Counted from the first letter of the stretch, positions 1 to 8,815 are shown. The stretch: 64,000 nucleotides of DNA from an uncultured Candidatus Saccharibacteria bacterium (GCA_964520645.1 CAZFND010000002.1:9424-73423); one strand, 5' to 3'. Made by a program: numbers and translations. The notes: generated from the sequence alone by a model not told the origin.

Positions 1-54
1 GGTACAAGAAAATATACCAAAAAACGGGAAAAAGTCTAGAGTTGGAGCCTTTCT

Positions 55-786
55 CTACATTTCTAAGATAAATTTCTCGAGCGCTACATCAAAGTCGTGT
101 ATCCCCCGTCGAGCATTGTGATAGATACTAATAAGATTACTTGAGATTTTCTTGAGCTCAGGTAAAGAGAAATTTTGTGCAAAGCCAAGAGACTTTTGAT
201 AGACAAATGGATTAAGTCCTGCTTCAGCCGCACTTTTTGTTTGAAGTGCAAGAAGAGTAGCTTTGATTTGCCAAAAGAGAATGCCATGTATTTCTTCATC
301 AGCTATTTCTCGCTGTTTGGCTTTTGTATACAGCACCCAAAGCTGCTTTTTATCTCTCCTGCCAAGAGCATCGGTAAGGCTAAATATATTGAAGTCTTTT
401 ATTTTAACCGCCCCCACACTAGAGGGTGTATCGAGTTCAAATTCTTGAATCTTCTCAGCATTCTTTTCAAACTTAGTAACTTCGGTTTTATTGAGTTCCC
501 CTTCGAGAAAAACAAATACGTTATCTGAAGCAGCTATATCTTTAATTCTTTTTAAAATTACTTCTTTTGCATCTTTATTTCTAAAGACATTGTCCACCTC
601 GATAATCGACTTACTAGCAAAAAGTCCAAGGCCACTGATATGTTCATCAAGCTCTGCTTCATTGAAGTTTTCATCCGTGATCTTAAGATGTGACGCATCA
701 GGCTTCTTTTTTAATAAAGAATTAACGAGATCATGAAGTTTCTCGCGTGACTTATCTATATTCGAGCCATACAACAAATAAATCAT
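55..786 (-). CDS. holA: DNA polymerase III subunit delta-like (short CPR form)
   Basis: N-terminal MIYLLYG motif, GLF motif, FNIFSLTDAL and C-terminal LEKFIL typical of HolA; directly downstream of polA. Confidence 0.8.
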   Translation of the reverse strand: MIYLLYGSNIDKSREKLHDLVNSLLKKKPDASHLKITDENFNEAELDEHISGLGLFASKSIIEVDNVFRNKDAKEVILKRIKDIAASDNVFVFLEGELNKTEVTKFEKNAEKIQEFELDTPSSVGAVKIKDFNIFSLTDALGRRDKKQLWVLYTKAKQREIADEEIHGILFWQIKATLLALQTKSAAEAGLNPFVYQKSLGFAQNFSLPELKKISSNLISIYHNARRGIHDFDVALEKFILEM

Positions 787-787
787 A

Positions 788-3220
788 TTAGAGTTCTTTC
801 ATACTTCCCCAACTCTCACCTACAGCGCAGTTTGCTTTGAGCACTACACCGGAAGTAGCTTCGAGGGGCAAGATATTTTGCATAATCTCTTTTATTTTTT
901 CACTAAGTGCCTGTACTCGATTATTTTTAATTTCAAAAATAAGTTCATCGTGCACTTGCAGCAAAAGATAAGCCTCTTCATCTAATTGCTGATCTTTTAT
1001 ATAGTCAGTAATTTTTATCATCGCGAGCTTAATAATATCAGCCTGACTTCCTTGAATCGGAGCATTGATAGCCATGCGTTCTGCACTAGCTTTGATAAAG
1101 GGAATTTTAGACTTAATTCCTTCAAAGTATCTTCGACGACCAAACACTGTTTCTGTATATCCATTACGTTCTGTTTCTGCTTTTACGTTATCAAGATATG
1201 TTGCAAGACCGGTAAATGTTTCAAAATAATCATTATAAAACTTTTGTGCCTCTTCACGTTTTGTTTCTTTGCCCAAGTTTGCACGCAAAGCATTTACACC
1301 CATACCGTAGAGAATGCCGAAGTTAATTACCTTTGCTTTGCGACGCATTTCTTTATCTACAGCTTCTGGTGCAACCTTAAATACTCGGGCCGCAACTTCA
1401 GTATGCACATCTCTTCCAGATTTAAATATCTCAATAAGATTTTCATCACCTGAAAGGAAAGCAGCAATACGAAGCTCGATTTGAGAATAGTCAAAAGCTA
1501 CGAGCTTAAATCCTTGTTCCGCAATAAATGCCCCACGAATATTTCTTCCTAATTCTGATTTAATAGGAATGTTTTGAAGGTTTGGATTGATCGATGCCAT
1601 TCGCCCAGTCGCTGCTCCTATTTGGAGGAATGTTGTATGCAGACGACTATCTGATTCAATAAGATTTGGAAGACTATCTATATATGTAGAAAGCAGCTTC
1701 TGTAACTCTCTGTATTGGAGAATAGAAGAAATTATAGGATGTAAGTCACGCATCTTCTCAAGTTCTGATTCTCGCGTCGATGCAGCACCTCCTGCAGTTT
1801 TCTTGAGGCCTTTTACTTTAAGCTGCATTTTTTCAAATAGAATAGAACCAAGTTGTCGTGGAGAATTAATATTGAATTCTTCACCTGCTTGTTCCCAAAT
1901 TTCTTTCTGAAGTTTTTCTAGTTCTTTATGATACTCTACACTTAAGTTTTTTAAATAGTTAGTATCGACTTTAATTCCCCGATCATGCATTGCATCAACA
2001 ACAGGAATAAGAGGGAGTTCTATATCGACATAAATTTTCTTGAGATTTCTTTTTTCTATTTCTGCAAGAATTGCTTCTCGCGCTGGAGCAAATGTTTCTT
2101 GCTTCGTAAATTGTAATATATCCTCAAGCTGTGGCTCCGATTGATTTGAATCAATGACAGAAAGTGCAAGCGCTGTTTCTCTAAGAATTTTTGGATCTAC
2201 ATTCTCTTTTATTTTTGGAAGTGAATTTTGAGAAGCATCAGGTGTGTCGCCAAATGCATCAGTCATTCCCAAGACTTCTTTGACGCGAGTACCAAGCATT
2301 TTAAATTCGAGTCGCTTAAATAGTGTTTCTACCGCTTTAATATCTACTGATTCTTTCCATTCTTTTTCTGGCAAAGAAAATTCTATGGGAGCATCCCGTC
2401 GTATAGTCGCAAGCATTTTTGAAAACAATGCTTCTTCCTCTCCTTCTGTAATAAGAGCAACAATCCGATCTGTGATTCCTGCTTCTTCTTTAAATTTTTT
2501 AGGATCTTTTTTGAGAACTTTGTACATATTCTCAATAGTGCCAAACTTTTGAATAAGAATTGTTGCTGTCTTTTCTCCAATACCTTTTATTCCAATAATA
2601 TTATCTGATGGATCACCTCTCAGTCCTTTGTAATCAGGAAGAAGAAGTGGACCAAAACCATAACGCTCTTTTACTCCCTCTTCGTCATACATGACAGTAT
2701 CTTTAATGCCTTTTCTTAAGGTATACACTTGGACGCGCTTATCATCAACAAGCTGCACCGTATCCATGTCTCCTGATGCAATGACAATGTCTATATCTTT
2801 ATTTTTTTTCATCTGCTCACAAATAGTGCCGAGCATATCATCTGCCTCAAAGCCAGGCTTGTCATATATAGGAATAGAAAAAGCAGTGAAAATATCTCGT
2901 GAACTTATCATCTGTGCGACAAGAGCTTCATCTGCTTTCTTGCGACCAGCTTTATAATCCTTATATGCTTCGTGTCTATATGTTGCCTGAGGCAAGTCGT
3001 AACATGCCACTACATAATTAGGTTTAAGTTCTTCTATTATTTTCAAAATCATTGCTGCAAGGCCATATAGTGCGCCTGTTGGCTCACCCTTACTTGAAGC
3101 AAAGTCAGGCATAGCATGATATGCCCGGTGCAATATTGCATGTGCATCTAGTAAAATGAGTTTCTTGCTGTGGTTCGCCGAAGCTTTTTGCGAAGGCGAC
3201 TTTGTTGTTAGTTTAGGCAT
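788..3220 (-). CDS. polA: DNA polymerase I
   Basis: 5'-3' exonuclease motifs (LLDAHAILHRAYHA, GFEADD, GDPSDNI); polymerase motifs DYSQIELR, KVINFGILYG, QVHDEL. Confidence 0.97.
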   Translation of the reverse strand: MPKLTTKSPSQKASANHSKKLILLDAHAILHRAYHAMPDFASSKGEPTGALYGLAAMILKIIEELKPNYVVACYDLPQATYRHEAYKDYKAGRKKADEALVAQMISSRDIFTAFSIPIYDKPGFEADDMLGTICEQMKKNKDIDIVIASGDMDTVQLVDDKRVQVYTLRKGIKDTVMYDEEGVKERYGFGPLLLPDYKGLRGDPSDNIIGIKGIGEKTATILIQKFGTIENMYKVLKKDPKKFKEEAGITDRIVALITEGEEEALFSKMLATIRRDAPIEFSLPEKEWKESVDIKAVETLFKRLEFKMLGTRVKEVLGMTDAFGDTPDASQNSLPKIKENVDPKILRETALALSVIDSNQSEPQLEDILQFTKQETFAPAREAILAEIEKRNLKKIYVDIELPLIPVVDAMHDRGIKVDTNYLKNLSVEYHKELEKLQKEIWEQAGEEFNINSPRQLGSILFEKMQLKVKGLKKTAGGAASTRESELEKMRDLHPIISSILQYRELQKLLSTYIDSLPNLIESDSRLHTTFLQIGAATGRMASINPNLQNIPIKSELGRNIRGAFIAEQGFKLVAFDYSQIELRIAAFLSGDENLIEIFKSGRDVHTEVAARVFKVAPEAVDKEMRRKAKVINFGILYGMGVNALRANLGKETKREEAQKFYNDYFETFTGLATYLDNVKAETERNGYTETVFGRRRYFEGIKSKIPFIKASAERMAINAPIQGSQADIIKLAMIKITDYIKDQQLDEEAYLLLQVHDELIFEIKNNRVQALSEKIKEIMQNILPLEATSGVVLKANCAVGESWGSMKEL
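3175..3199. repeat. Palindromic REP-like unit (stem-GAA-stem-loop-stem-GAA-stem) inside the 5' end of polA
   Basis: TCGCC-GAA-GC-TTTTT-GC-GAA-GGCGA; same architecture as 45755-45787. Confidence 0.6.
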
Positions 3221-3221
3221 A

Positions 3222-3659
3222 TTATTCTCGTATATCTATCTCTCGGGTGTTTTCGTCTATAAAAGTGAAAAAAATTTTTTGGACTACGTCAGGAATAATA
3301 TCATCAACTTTTTCTGGCCATTCTATAAGAATGAGATTTCCGGGTTCTGAAGTTATTTCGTGCCAGCCAAGTGTTTCGAGTTCATCAGCACGCTCTAATC
3401 TGTATGCATCAATGTGAATAAGATGTGAAAAGGCTTTATTTTCTAATTTATATATTTTTTCTATTACAAACGTAGGACTCGTCACAGTTTCGGTAACTCC
3501 TAATGCTTCTGCAACAAACTGTGTGAACGTTGTCTTCCCTGCTCCAAGATCACCATAGAGACACACAATAGTAGCCGCAGACACATTTTGGGTGAGTGCT
3601 TTAATAAAATCAGTGGCTAGTTGCTGAGTTTGAGCGGGACTATTCGTACGAAATTTCAT
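3222..3659 (-). CDS. tsaE: tRNA threonylcarbamoyladenosine biosynthesis ATPase TsaE
   Basis: GDLGAGKT, SPTF, HIDAYRL and IEWP motifs; start moved to the ATG at 3659 (MKFRTNS). Confidence 0.95.
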   Translation of the reverse strand: MKFRTNSPAQTQQLATDFIKALTQNVSAATIVCLYGDLGAGKTTFTQFVAEALGVTETVTSPTFVIEKIYKLENKAFSHLIHIDAYRLERADELETLGWHEITSEPGNLILIEWPEKVDDIIPDVVQKIFFTFIDENTREIDIRE

Positions 3660-3679
3660 AGAAGTATAGTACCACAGAC

Positions 3680-3712
3680 AAAAAAAGACGCTCGCCGGTG
3701 AGGGCGAGCGTC
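3680..3712 (-). terminator. Intrinsic terminator of the 3731-4024 gene
   Basis: 10-bp GC stem GACGCTCGCC/GGCGAGCGTC followed by T7 on the minus strand. Confidence 0.85.
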
Positions 3713-3730
3713 GGGGTGAAGAAACAAAGA

Positions 3731-4024
3731 TCAGTAGTTGCTGGACGGGCGGCATTCGGTGCGGTTGGTGTTGGTGTGGCTGGTCTTGTAGTCGCGGACA
3801 TCCACGTTGATGGGATATCCATTGCCACGACCACCTCCGTGCCAGGTCATGTCCGACCCAAAACGAACCGGGCCGTTACTGCGGACATCCCGCACGTAGT
3901 CCACCCTGGCCCCGTCCTTGTGCAGCTCCTCGTGGAACGAGGTCTCATGGTACACACGGCAGCCGGACATGAGGCTCAGCGACGCAACGATCACAACGAG
4001 AAGCGCGAAACGGGAAGTATTCAT
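3731..4024 (-). CDS. Small orphan putative lipoprotein
   Basis: Signal peptide with lipobox-like LMSG-C; AGGGAG RBS, consensus promoter upstream, terminator downstream; GC-richer than flanks. Confidence 0.7.
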   Translation of the reverse strand: MNTSRFALLVVIVASLSLMSGCRVYHETSFHEELHKDGARVDYVRDVRSNGPVRFGSDMTWHGGGRGNGYPINVDVRDYKTSHTNTNRTECRPSSNY

Positions 4025-4074
4025 AGACAGAGCTCCCTAAAGGGTTGGTTTCGGATCACTATTGAACTGTGTAT

Positions 4075-4102
4075 ATTATACCATATCGGTATATATTGTC
4101 AA
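4075..4102 (-). promoter_or_regulatory. sigma70 promoter
   Basis: TTGACA-N16-TATAAT with TG extension on the minus strand. Confidence 0.8.
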
Positions 4103-4156
4103 TGGGTGTATGAGTGGTTTGTTTGTGGCTTCAAACCAAGGTATTATTACTGATAT

Positions 4157-5833
4157 ATGATCCAATTTGACGAAGATAAGCAGAATAAAAAAGTAGACGA
4201 ATTACTCCATGACGAGCAAGAAGAACTCGCGCATACCCTCTCCCGCAAGTACGGCATCAATTATATAGATCTCACTACTGTTGCAGTAAATAGTGATGCA
4301 CTTCGTGTGATTAGTGAAGCTGAAGCACGAGCGGCAAAGCTTGCAGTGTTTGATATTGTTGCCAAGAAAATAAAAGTTGCAGTACAAGCCCCTGAAAACG
4401 AAGAAACAAAAAAGACTCTTGAAATATTTAAAGAAAATGGCTACATCGTGACTTTGTATATGGTTTCACTTCAAAGTCTTGAAAAAGTTTGGGGACGCTA
4501 TGCAGACCTTTCATTCTCAACTCAAACAAAAGGAGGTGCATTTGATATTTCTAGTGAAGAAATTGAGAAATTTTTGCAGAATGTTCATTCTCTAGAAGAT
4601 GTGAAGAAACTTATCTTCGAAACAATTGGCCAAAAGCAGACGTATAAGATTACAAAAATATTAGAAATTATTATTGCGGGCGCTCTTGCTCTTAAAGTTT
4701 CTGATATTCATATGGAGCCTGAAGAAAAAACAGTGCGTATCCGCTATCGACTCGACGGAGTACTTATGGATATTCTCGAACTCGCGAGTGACACCTTTGG
4801 ACTCCTCCTCTCTCGTATCAAGCTTATCGCAGGAATGAAACTCAATGTCACAGGATCTCAAGATGGACGATTTAGTATCGGTGTAGCAAATACAGAAATT
4901 GAAATTCGTGCATCTATTCTACCGAGTGCATACAATGAGTCTATTGTGCTTCGTGTACTTAATCCTGATTCAATTTCAGTACCATTTGAAGATCTTGGAA
5001 TTTCTCCTCGATTACTCAAAATTCTCGAACGAGAAATCAATCGTCCCGAAGGAATGGTGTTGACCACAGGCCCTACTGGATCAGGAAAGACCACAACGCT
5101 GTATGCGTTTATTAAAAAAGTATTTAGTCCTGAGATTAAGATTATTACAATCGAAAATCCTATCGAATATCACGTACCAGGTATTGTGCAAACTCAGACC
5201 GATGCAGACAAAGGCTACACATTCCTCGAAGGACTTCGCTCTGCTTTGCGACAAGACCCTGATGTAATCATGGTGGGAGAAATTCGAGATCAAGAAACAG
5301 CAGAAATTGCTATTAATGCCGCCCTAACTGGTCACTTGGTGTTCTCTACACTTCACACAAATAATGCAGCTGGAACATTCCCCCGCCTCATCGATCTTGG
5401 GGTAAACGCAAAAATTATTCCATCAGCAGTAAGTGTATCTATGGCACAACGACTCGTGCGCAAGCTCTGCCTACATTGCAAAAAAGAAATTCAGCTAGAA
5501 GGTAGAACAAAAGATGTTATTGAAAAAACATTTAAGAGTATAAAAAATCCTGATGAGTACATCGATCATGTTCCAACATCAATTTTTGAACCTGTTGGCT
5601 GTGTTACGTGTAATATGACAGGTTATATGGGACGACTGGGAATTTATGAAGCAATTTTGCGCACCGCAGAAATAGAAAAAGCGATAAAAGATAATCCAAG
5701 TGAACGTGATATATGGAAAGCAGCAGAAAATCAAAATATTTTGAACATGAAACAAGATGGAGTGATAAAAATATTAAAAGGAATCACCTCTTTACCAGAG
5801 CTTGAGCGTGTTGTAGATGTAGAAAATGACTAG
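4157..5833 (+). CDS. GspE/PilB-family secretion/pilus ATPase (copy 1)
   Basis: SDIHMEP, GPTGSGKTTT, LRQDPDVIMVGEIRD, TGHLVFSTLHTN; CxxC..CxxC zinc motif. Confidence 0.93.
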   Translation: MIQFDEDKQNKKVDELLHDEQEELAHTLSRKYGINYIDLTTVAVNSDALRVISEAEARAAKLAVFDIVAKKIKVAVQAPENEETKKTLEIFKENGYIVTLYMVSLQSLEKVWGRYADLSFSTQTKGGAFDISSEEIEKFLQNVHSLEDVKKLIFETIGQKQTYKITKILEIIIAGALALKVSDIHMEPEEKTVRIRYRLDGVLMDILELASDTFGLLLSRIKLIAGMKLNVTGSQDGRFSIGVANTEIEIRASILPSAYNESIVLRVLNPDSISVPFEDLGISPRLLKILEREINRPEGMVLTTGPTGSGKTTTLYAFIKKVFSPEIKIITIENPIEYHVPGIVQTQTDADKGYTFLEGLRSALRQDPDVIMVGEIRDQETAEIAINAALTGHLVFSTLHTNNAAGTFPRLIDLGVNAKIIPSAVSVSMAQRLVRKLCLHCKKEIQLEGRTKDVIEKTFKSIKNPDEYIDHVPTSIFEPVGCVTCNMTGYMGRLGIYEAILRTAEIEKAIKDNPSERDIWKAAENQNILNMKQDGVIKILKGITSLPELERVVDVEND

Positions 5834-5835
5834 AA

Positions 5836-5872
5836 AACAAATCGAGCAATCTTCAAGATTGCTCGATTGTTT
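5836..5872. terminator. Likely bidirectional intrinsic terminator
   Basis: 13-bp stem AATCGAGCAATCT/AGATTGCTCGATT flanked by A/T tracts. Confidence 0.75.
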
Positions 5873-5902
5873 AAAAGGAGTACTATATTGATGTGTGGAA
5901 TA

Positions 5903-6104
5903 TAAAAATCCACTTCATAAATCTCTAGGCAATACTTTTAACCTGACGTTAGAAGTTAAACATCCCTCTAAGGAGAATCCCAGCGATCACGCCGAGGCGA
6001 GAAAACCAGAGTTTCCTCGAAAAAATGCTATGATGCCATAAATGGCCCTTTGCCTAGAGACTTATATAGTGGATTTTTAAAAAAACAGCCTCTTTGATGA
6101 GGTT
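5903..6104 (-). ncRNA. Candidate structured ncRNA (~200 nt), family unassigned
   Basis: 30-bp closing helix 5903-5932/6050-6079 whose mismatches become G-U pairs on the minus strand; internal hairpins; promoter at 6111-6139; no credible ORF. Confidence 0.6.
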
Positions 6105-6110
6105 GTTAGT

Positions 6111-6139
6111 AGTTTATCACGAAAGGCATTTAGTGTCAA
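6111..6139 (-). promoter_or_regulatory. sigma70 promoter driving the ncRNA candidate
   Basis: TTGACA-N17-TAAACT with TG extension on the minus strand. Confidence 0.7.
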
Positions 6140-6185
6140 CCCCGACTCCCCTCTTGCATGGCTCTAATTATGATAGAATGTCTGT

Positions 6186-7229
6186 ATGACTCAACCTCCT
6201 AATGAGCAAGAAAATAACTTCGAACCTCAAGTTCCGCCTCAAGAAGAGAGCACTTTTCTTGATACTACCCTTCGACCTTCTCGTTGGGATGAATACATTG
6301 GCCAAAAAAATATAAAAGATAATTTAAAAATACTTCTCAAAGCTGCAGAAGAACGCAATCATCCTCCTGAGCACATTCTTTTTTATGGTCCACCAGGTTT
6401 GGGAAAGACAACACTCGCTCATCTTATTGCAAAAGAGATGAAGACTCAGATGAAAGTAACATCTGGCCCAGCAATAGAAAAAGTAGGCGATCTTGCTTCT
6501 GTCCTTACAAATCTCTCTCCCGGCGATATTCTTTTTATAGATGAAATCCACCGACTCAATAAAGCAATTGAGGAAGTATTGTATCCTGCAATGGAATCAG
6601 GATCACTCGATATTATTATCGGCAAAGGACCTTCAGCACGTACAATCCAGCTCGATCTACCACCATTTACCTTGATAGCAGCTACTACTCGAATAGCACT
6701 CCTCTCTTCCCCACTTCGATCACGCTTTTCGGGTGGAGTCTTTCGTCTCGAATTTTATACACAAGAAGAAATTGAAGAAATTGTTCATCGCTCTGCGCAC
6801 ATTCTTGGAATTAGTATTGGAAAAGATGGAGCACAAGAAATTGCACGACGAAGCCGCTTCACTCCCCGCACTGCCAATTATTTCTTAAAGCGCTGCCGAG
6901 ATTTTGCTCAAGTAAATAAAACAGATCTTAATAAACAGACCGTCGACAAAGCACTCGCGCTATTAGGTATCGATGCAATGGGTCTAACTCATTCTGATAG
7001 AACGATTCTCGAAACTATAGTTAAAAAATTTAATGGCGGGCCGGTAGGACTTAATACTATTGCTGCGTCCCTCTCAGAAGAACAAGCAACCATCGAAGAA
7101 TATAATGAGCCCTACCTAATTCAGGTTGGAATGCTCGAGAGAACTTCACGAGGACGAGTAGTCACTGATGCTGGCTACAAACATTTGGGAGTAAAGAATC
7201 CAAATTTAGATCAGGACAAACTTTTGTAA
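6186..7229 (+). CDS. ruvB: Holliday junction branch migration ATPase RuvB
   Basis: LRP, GPPGLGKTTLA, FIDEIHRL, EPYLIQ motifs. Confidence 0.98.
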   Translation: MTQPPNEQENNFEPQVPPQEESTFLDTTLRPSRWDEYIGQKNIKDNLKILLKAAEERNHPPEHILFYGPPGLGKTTLAHLIAKEMKTQMKVTSGPAIEKVGDLASVLTNLSPGDILFIDEIHRLNKAIEEVLYPAMESGSLDIIIGKGPSARTIQLDLPPFTLIAATTRIALLSSPLRSRFSGGVFRLEFYTQEEIEEIVHRSAHILGISIGKDGAQEIARRSRFTPRTANYFLKRCRDFAQVNKTDLNKQTVDKALALLGIDAMGLTHSDRTILETIVKKFNGGPVGLNTIAASLSEEQATIEEYNEPYLIQVGMLERTSRGRVVTDAGYKHLGVKNPNLDQDKLL

Positions 7230-7232
7230 GCA

Positions 7233-7290
7233 CGTCCCTCTCCTGGTAAGGAGAGGGTGGCCGACTTCTTAGGAGGACGGGTGAGGCGGT
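7233..7290 (-). repeat. REP-like palindromic repeat, copy 1 (left end of DUF559 cassette)
   Basis: Reverse complement ACCGCCTCACCCGTCCT...CACCCTCTCCTTACCAGGAGAGGGACG. Confidence 0.9.
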
Positions 7291-7293
7291 GAT

Positions 7294-7644
7294 TCATAGA
7301 GAATTCTGAATGACCTCTATTACCTTCTCAAACTCATTTTTAATATCTATATTCTTAAACCTAAGTACCATGTATCCTTGTTCTTCAAAGAACAAAGTTC
7401 TTTGATTGTCATATATTTTTGATTCAGCCTCATCATGAACTCCCCCATCAATTTCGATAATAAGCTTCGCTGCTGCACAATAAAAATCAACAATGTAATA
7501 TCCAATACTGTGCTGCCGCCTGAACTTAACACCTAAATTTCTATTTCGTAACACTTCCCAAAGCTTTTTTTCATAAAAAGTACCATTTCTTCTTAGTTCT
7601 TGTCTTCTTCTTTTTAATTCTCGAATATTGTGAATCTTTTTCAT
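7294..7644 (-). CDS. DUF559 / Vsr-like (PD-(D/E)xK) endonuclease
   Basis: RRQELRRNGT.YEKKLW, FRRQHSIGYYIVDFYC, IEIDGGVH, GYMVLRFKN; likely start ATG 7644. Confidence 0.9.
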   Translation of the reverse strand: MKKIHNIRELKRRRQELRRNGTFYEKKLWEVLRNRNLGVKFRRQHSIGYYIVDFYCAAAKLIIEIDGGVHDEAESKIYDNQRTLFFEEQGYMVLRFKNIDIKNEFEKVIEVIQNSL

Positions 7645-7694
7645 ATCTTTACTGTACAGAAATAGTAATAAAGAGATCATAAAAATATTATAAA

Positions 7695-7744
7695 GCCGCC
7701 TCACCCGTCCTACGGACACCCTCTCCTTACCAGGAGAGGGACGG
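7695..7744 (+). repeat. REP-like palindromic repeat, copy 2 (right end of DUF559 cassette)
   Basis: GCCGCCTCACCCGTCCTACGGACACCCTCTCCTTACCAGGAGAGGGACGG, inverted relative to copy 1. Confidence 0.9.
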
Positions 7745-7784
7745 TATATTTGATTTTCGAAAAGCATACGAGTATAGTTTGTGC

Positions 7785-8315
7785 ATGGCTGGACATAATA
7801 AATGGTCAAAAATTAAACGACAAAAAGGTGCTTCTGACGCACAGCGCAGTAAGCTTTTTAGTAAAATGGTCCGCTTTATTGGTGTAGAAGCAAAGAAAGC
7901 AAAGGGCAATCTCACATCCCCTGGACTCAAATCTGCTATCGACGCAGCGCGCGCTGCCAACATGCCCAATGACACTATCGAACGTGCTATCAAAAAGGCA
8001 ACAACCGACAACTCAGCTGATATGGAATCTATTACCTATGAAGCTTATGGACCTGGAGGCTCTGCCCTTATCATTGAAGCTTTGACGGATAACAGAAATA
8101 AAGCTGCTCAAGAAATAAAATTTATTTTAAGTAAAAATGGAGCATCCCTTGCAGCAATGGGTGCTGCTTCATGGGCATTCACCAAAGAAAATAATGAATG
8201 GGTTGCTCAAACCACCACTCCTCTATCTGAAGAAGATAGTACTAAGCTCGAAGCACTTATAAATGAGCTCGAGGACAACGACGAAGTACAAAACGTATAC
8301 ACTAACGCTGAATAA
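7785..8315 (+). CDS. yebC: YebC/PmpR family protein (short form)
   Basis: MAGHNKWSKIK start, YEAYGPGG, TDNRN, DEVQNVYTN. Confidence 0.96.
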   Translation: MAGHNKWSKIKRQKGASDAQRSKLFSKMVRFIGVEAKKAKGNLTSPGLKSAIDAARAANMPNDTIERAIKKATTDNSADMESITYEAYGPGGSALIIEALTDNRNKAAQEIKFILSKNGASLAAMGAASWAFTKENNEWVAQTTTPLSEEDSTKLEALINELEDNDEVQNVYTNAE

Positions 8316-8317
8316 GC

Positions 8318-8815
8318 ATGAGGATACTTGCTATAGATCCAGGGTACGAACGACTCGGTATCGCTGTACTTGAGAAAAAAGGGGGTTCAAAAAAAGAAGA
8401 ACTTCTTTTTTCTACCTGTTTCTTTACCTCAAAAGATCTCCCCCATCCTACCCGCCTCGCACTTGTAGGAAAAGAAATTGAACGAGTCATCAAAGAATAT
8501 ACACCTACTCAATTGGCGATAGAAACATTGTTTTTTAGTAAAAATACAAAAACAGCTCTACAGGTAGCCGAAACACGTGGAGTCATTCTTTACCAAGCGG
8601 CAGCATCTGGACTAAAAATACATGAGTATTCCCCTGCCTCTATAAAAATTGCAGTAACTGGATATGGCAAAAGTGATAAGGAGCATGTTATAGCAATGGT
8701 AAGCAAACTCATCACACTTTCTAAGAAGATTAAATATGATGATGAATATGATGCAATAGCTACTGGAATCACCTTTTTTGCTACGTATCGTCCGTTATCC
8801 CCAGAAAAAAGGTAA
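8318..8815 (+). CDS. ruvC: Holliday junction resolvase RuvC
   Basis: ILAIDPG, AIETLFF, VTGYGKSDK, DDEYDAIA. Confidence 0.96.
   Translation: MRILAIDPGYERLGIAVLEKKGGSKKEELLFSTCFFTSKDLPHPTRLALVGKEIERVIKEYTPTQLAIETLFFSKNTKTALQVAETRGVILYQAAASGLKIHEYSPASIKIAVTGYGKSDKEHVIAMVSKLITLSKKIKYDDEYDAIATGITFFATYRPLSPEKR

Larger units (their letters stand above)
7233..7744 (-). mobile_element. Putative DUF559 endonuclease cassette bounded by inverted palindromic repeats
   Basis: Endonuclease ORF antisense to the ruvB-yebC-ruvC run, with matching inverted ~50-58 bp repeats at both ends. Confidence 0.6.

Noticed and set aside
3698-4153. 151-aa plus-strand ORF
   Set aside because: It overlaps the lipoprotein gene antisense; the promoter, RBS and terminator all support the minus strand.
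5992-6020. Minus-strand GAGGAAACTCTGG resembling the RNase P RNA GAGGAAAGUCC motif
   Set aside because: The match is imperfect, it pairs locally with CCTCG, no 3' P4 partner is visible and the region is too short.
7645-7809. N-terminal extension of the DUF559 ORF to 171 aa
   Set aside because: It reads through the repeat and overlaps the yebC start; the family-like sequence begins at ATG 7644.
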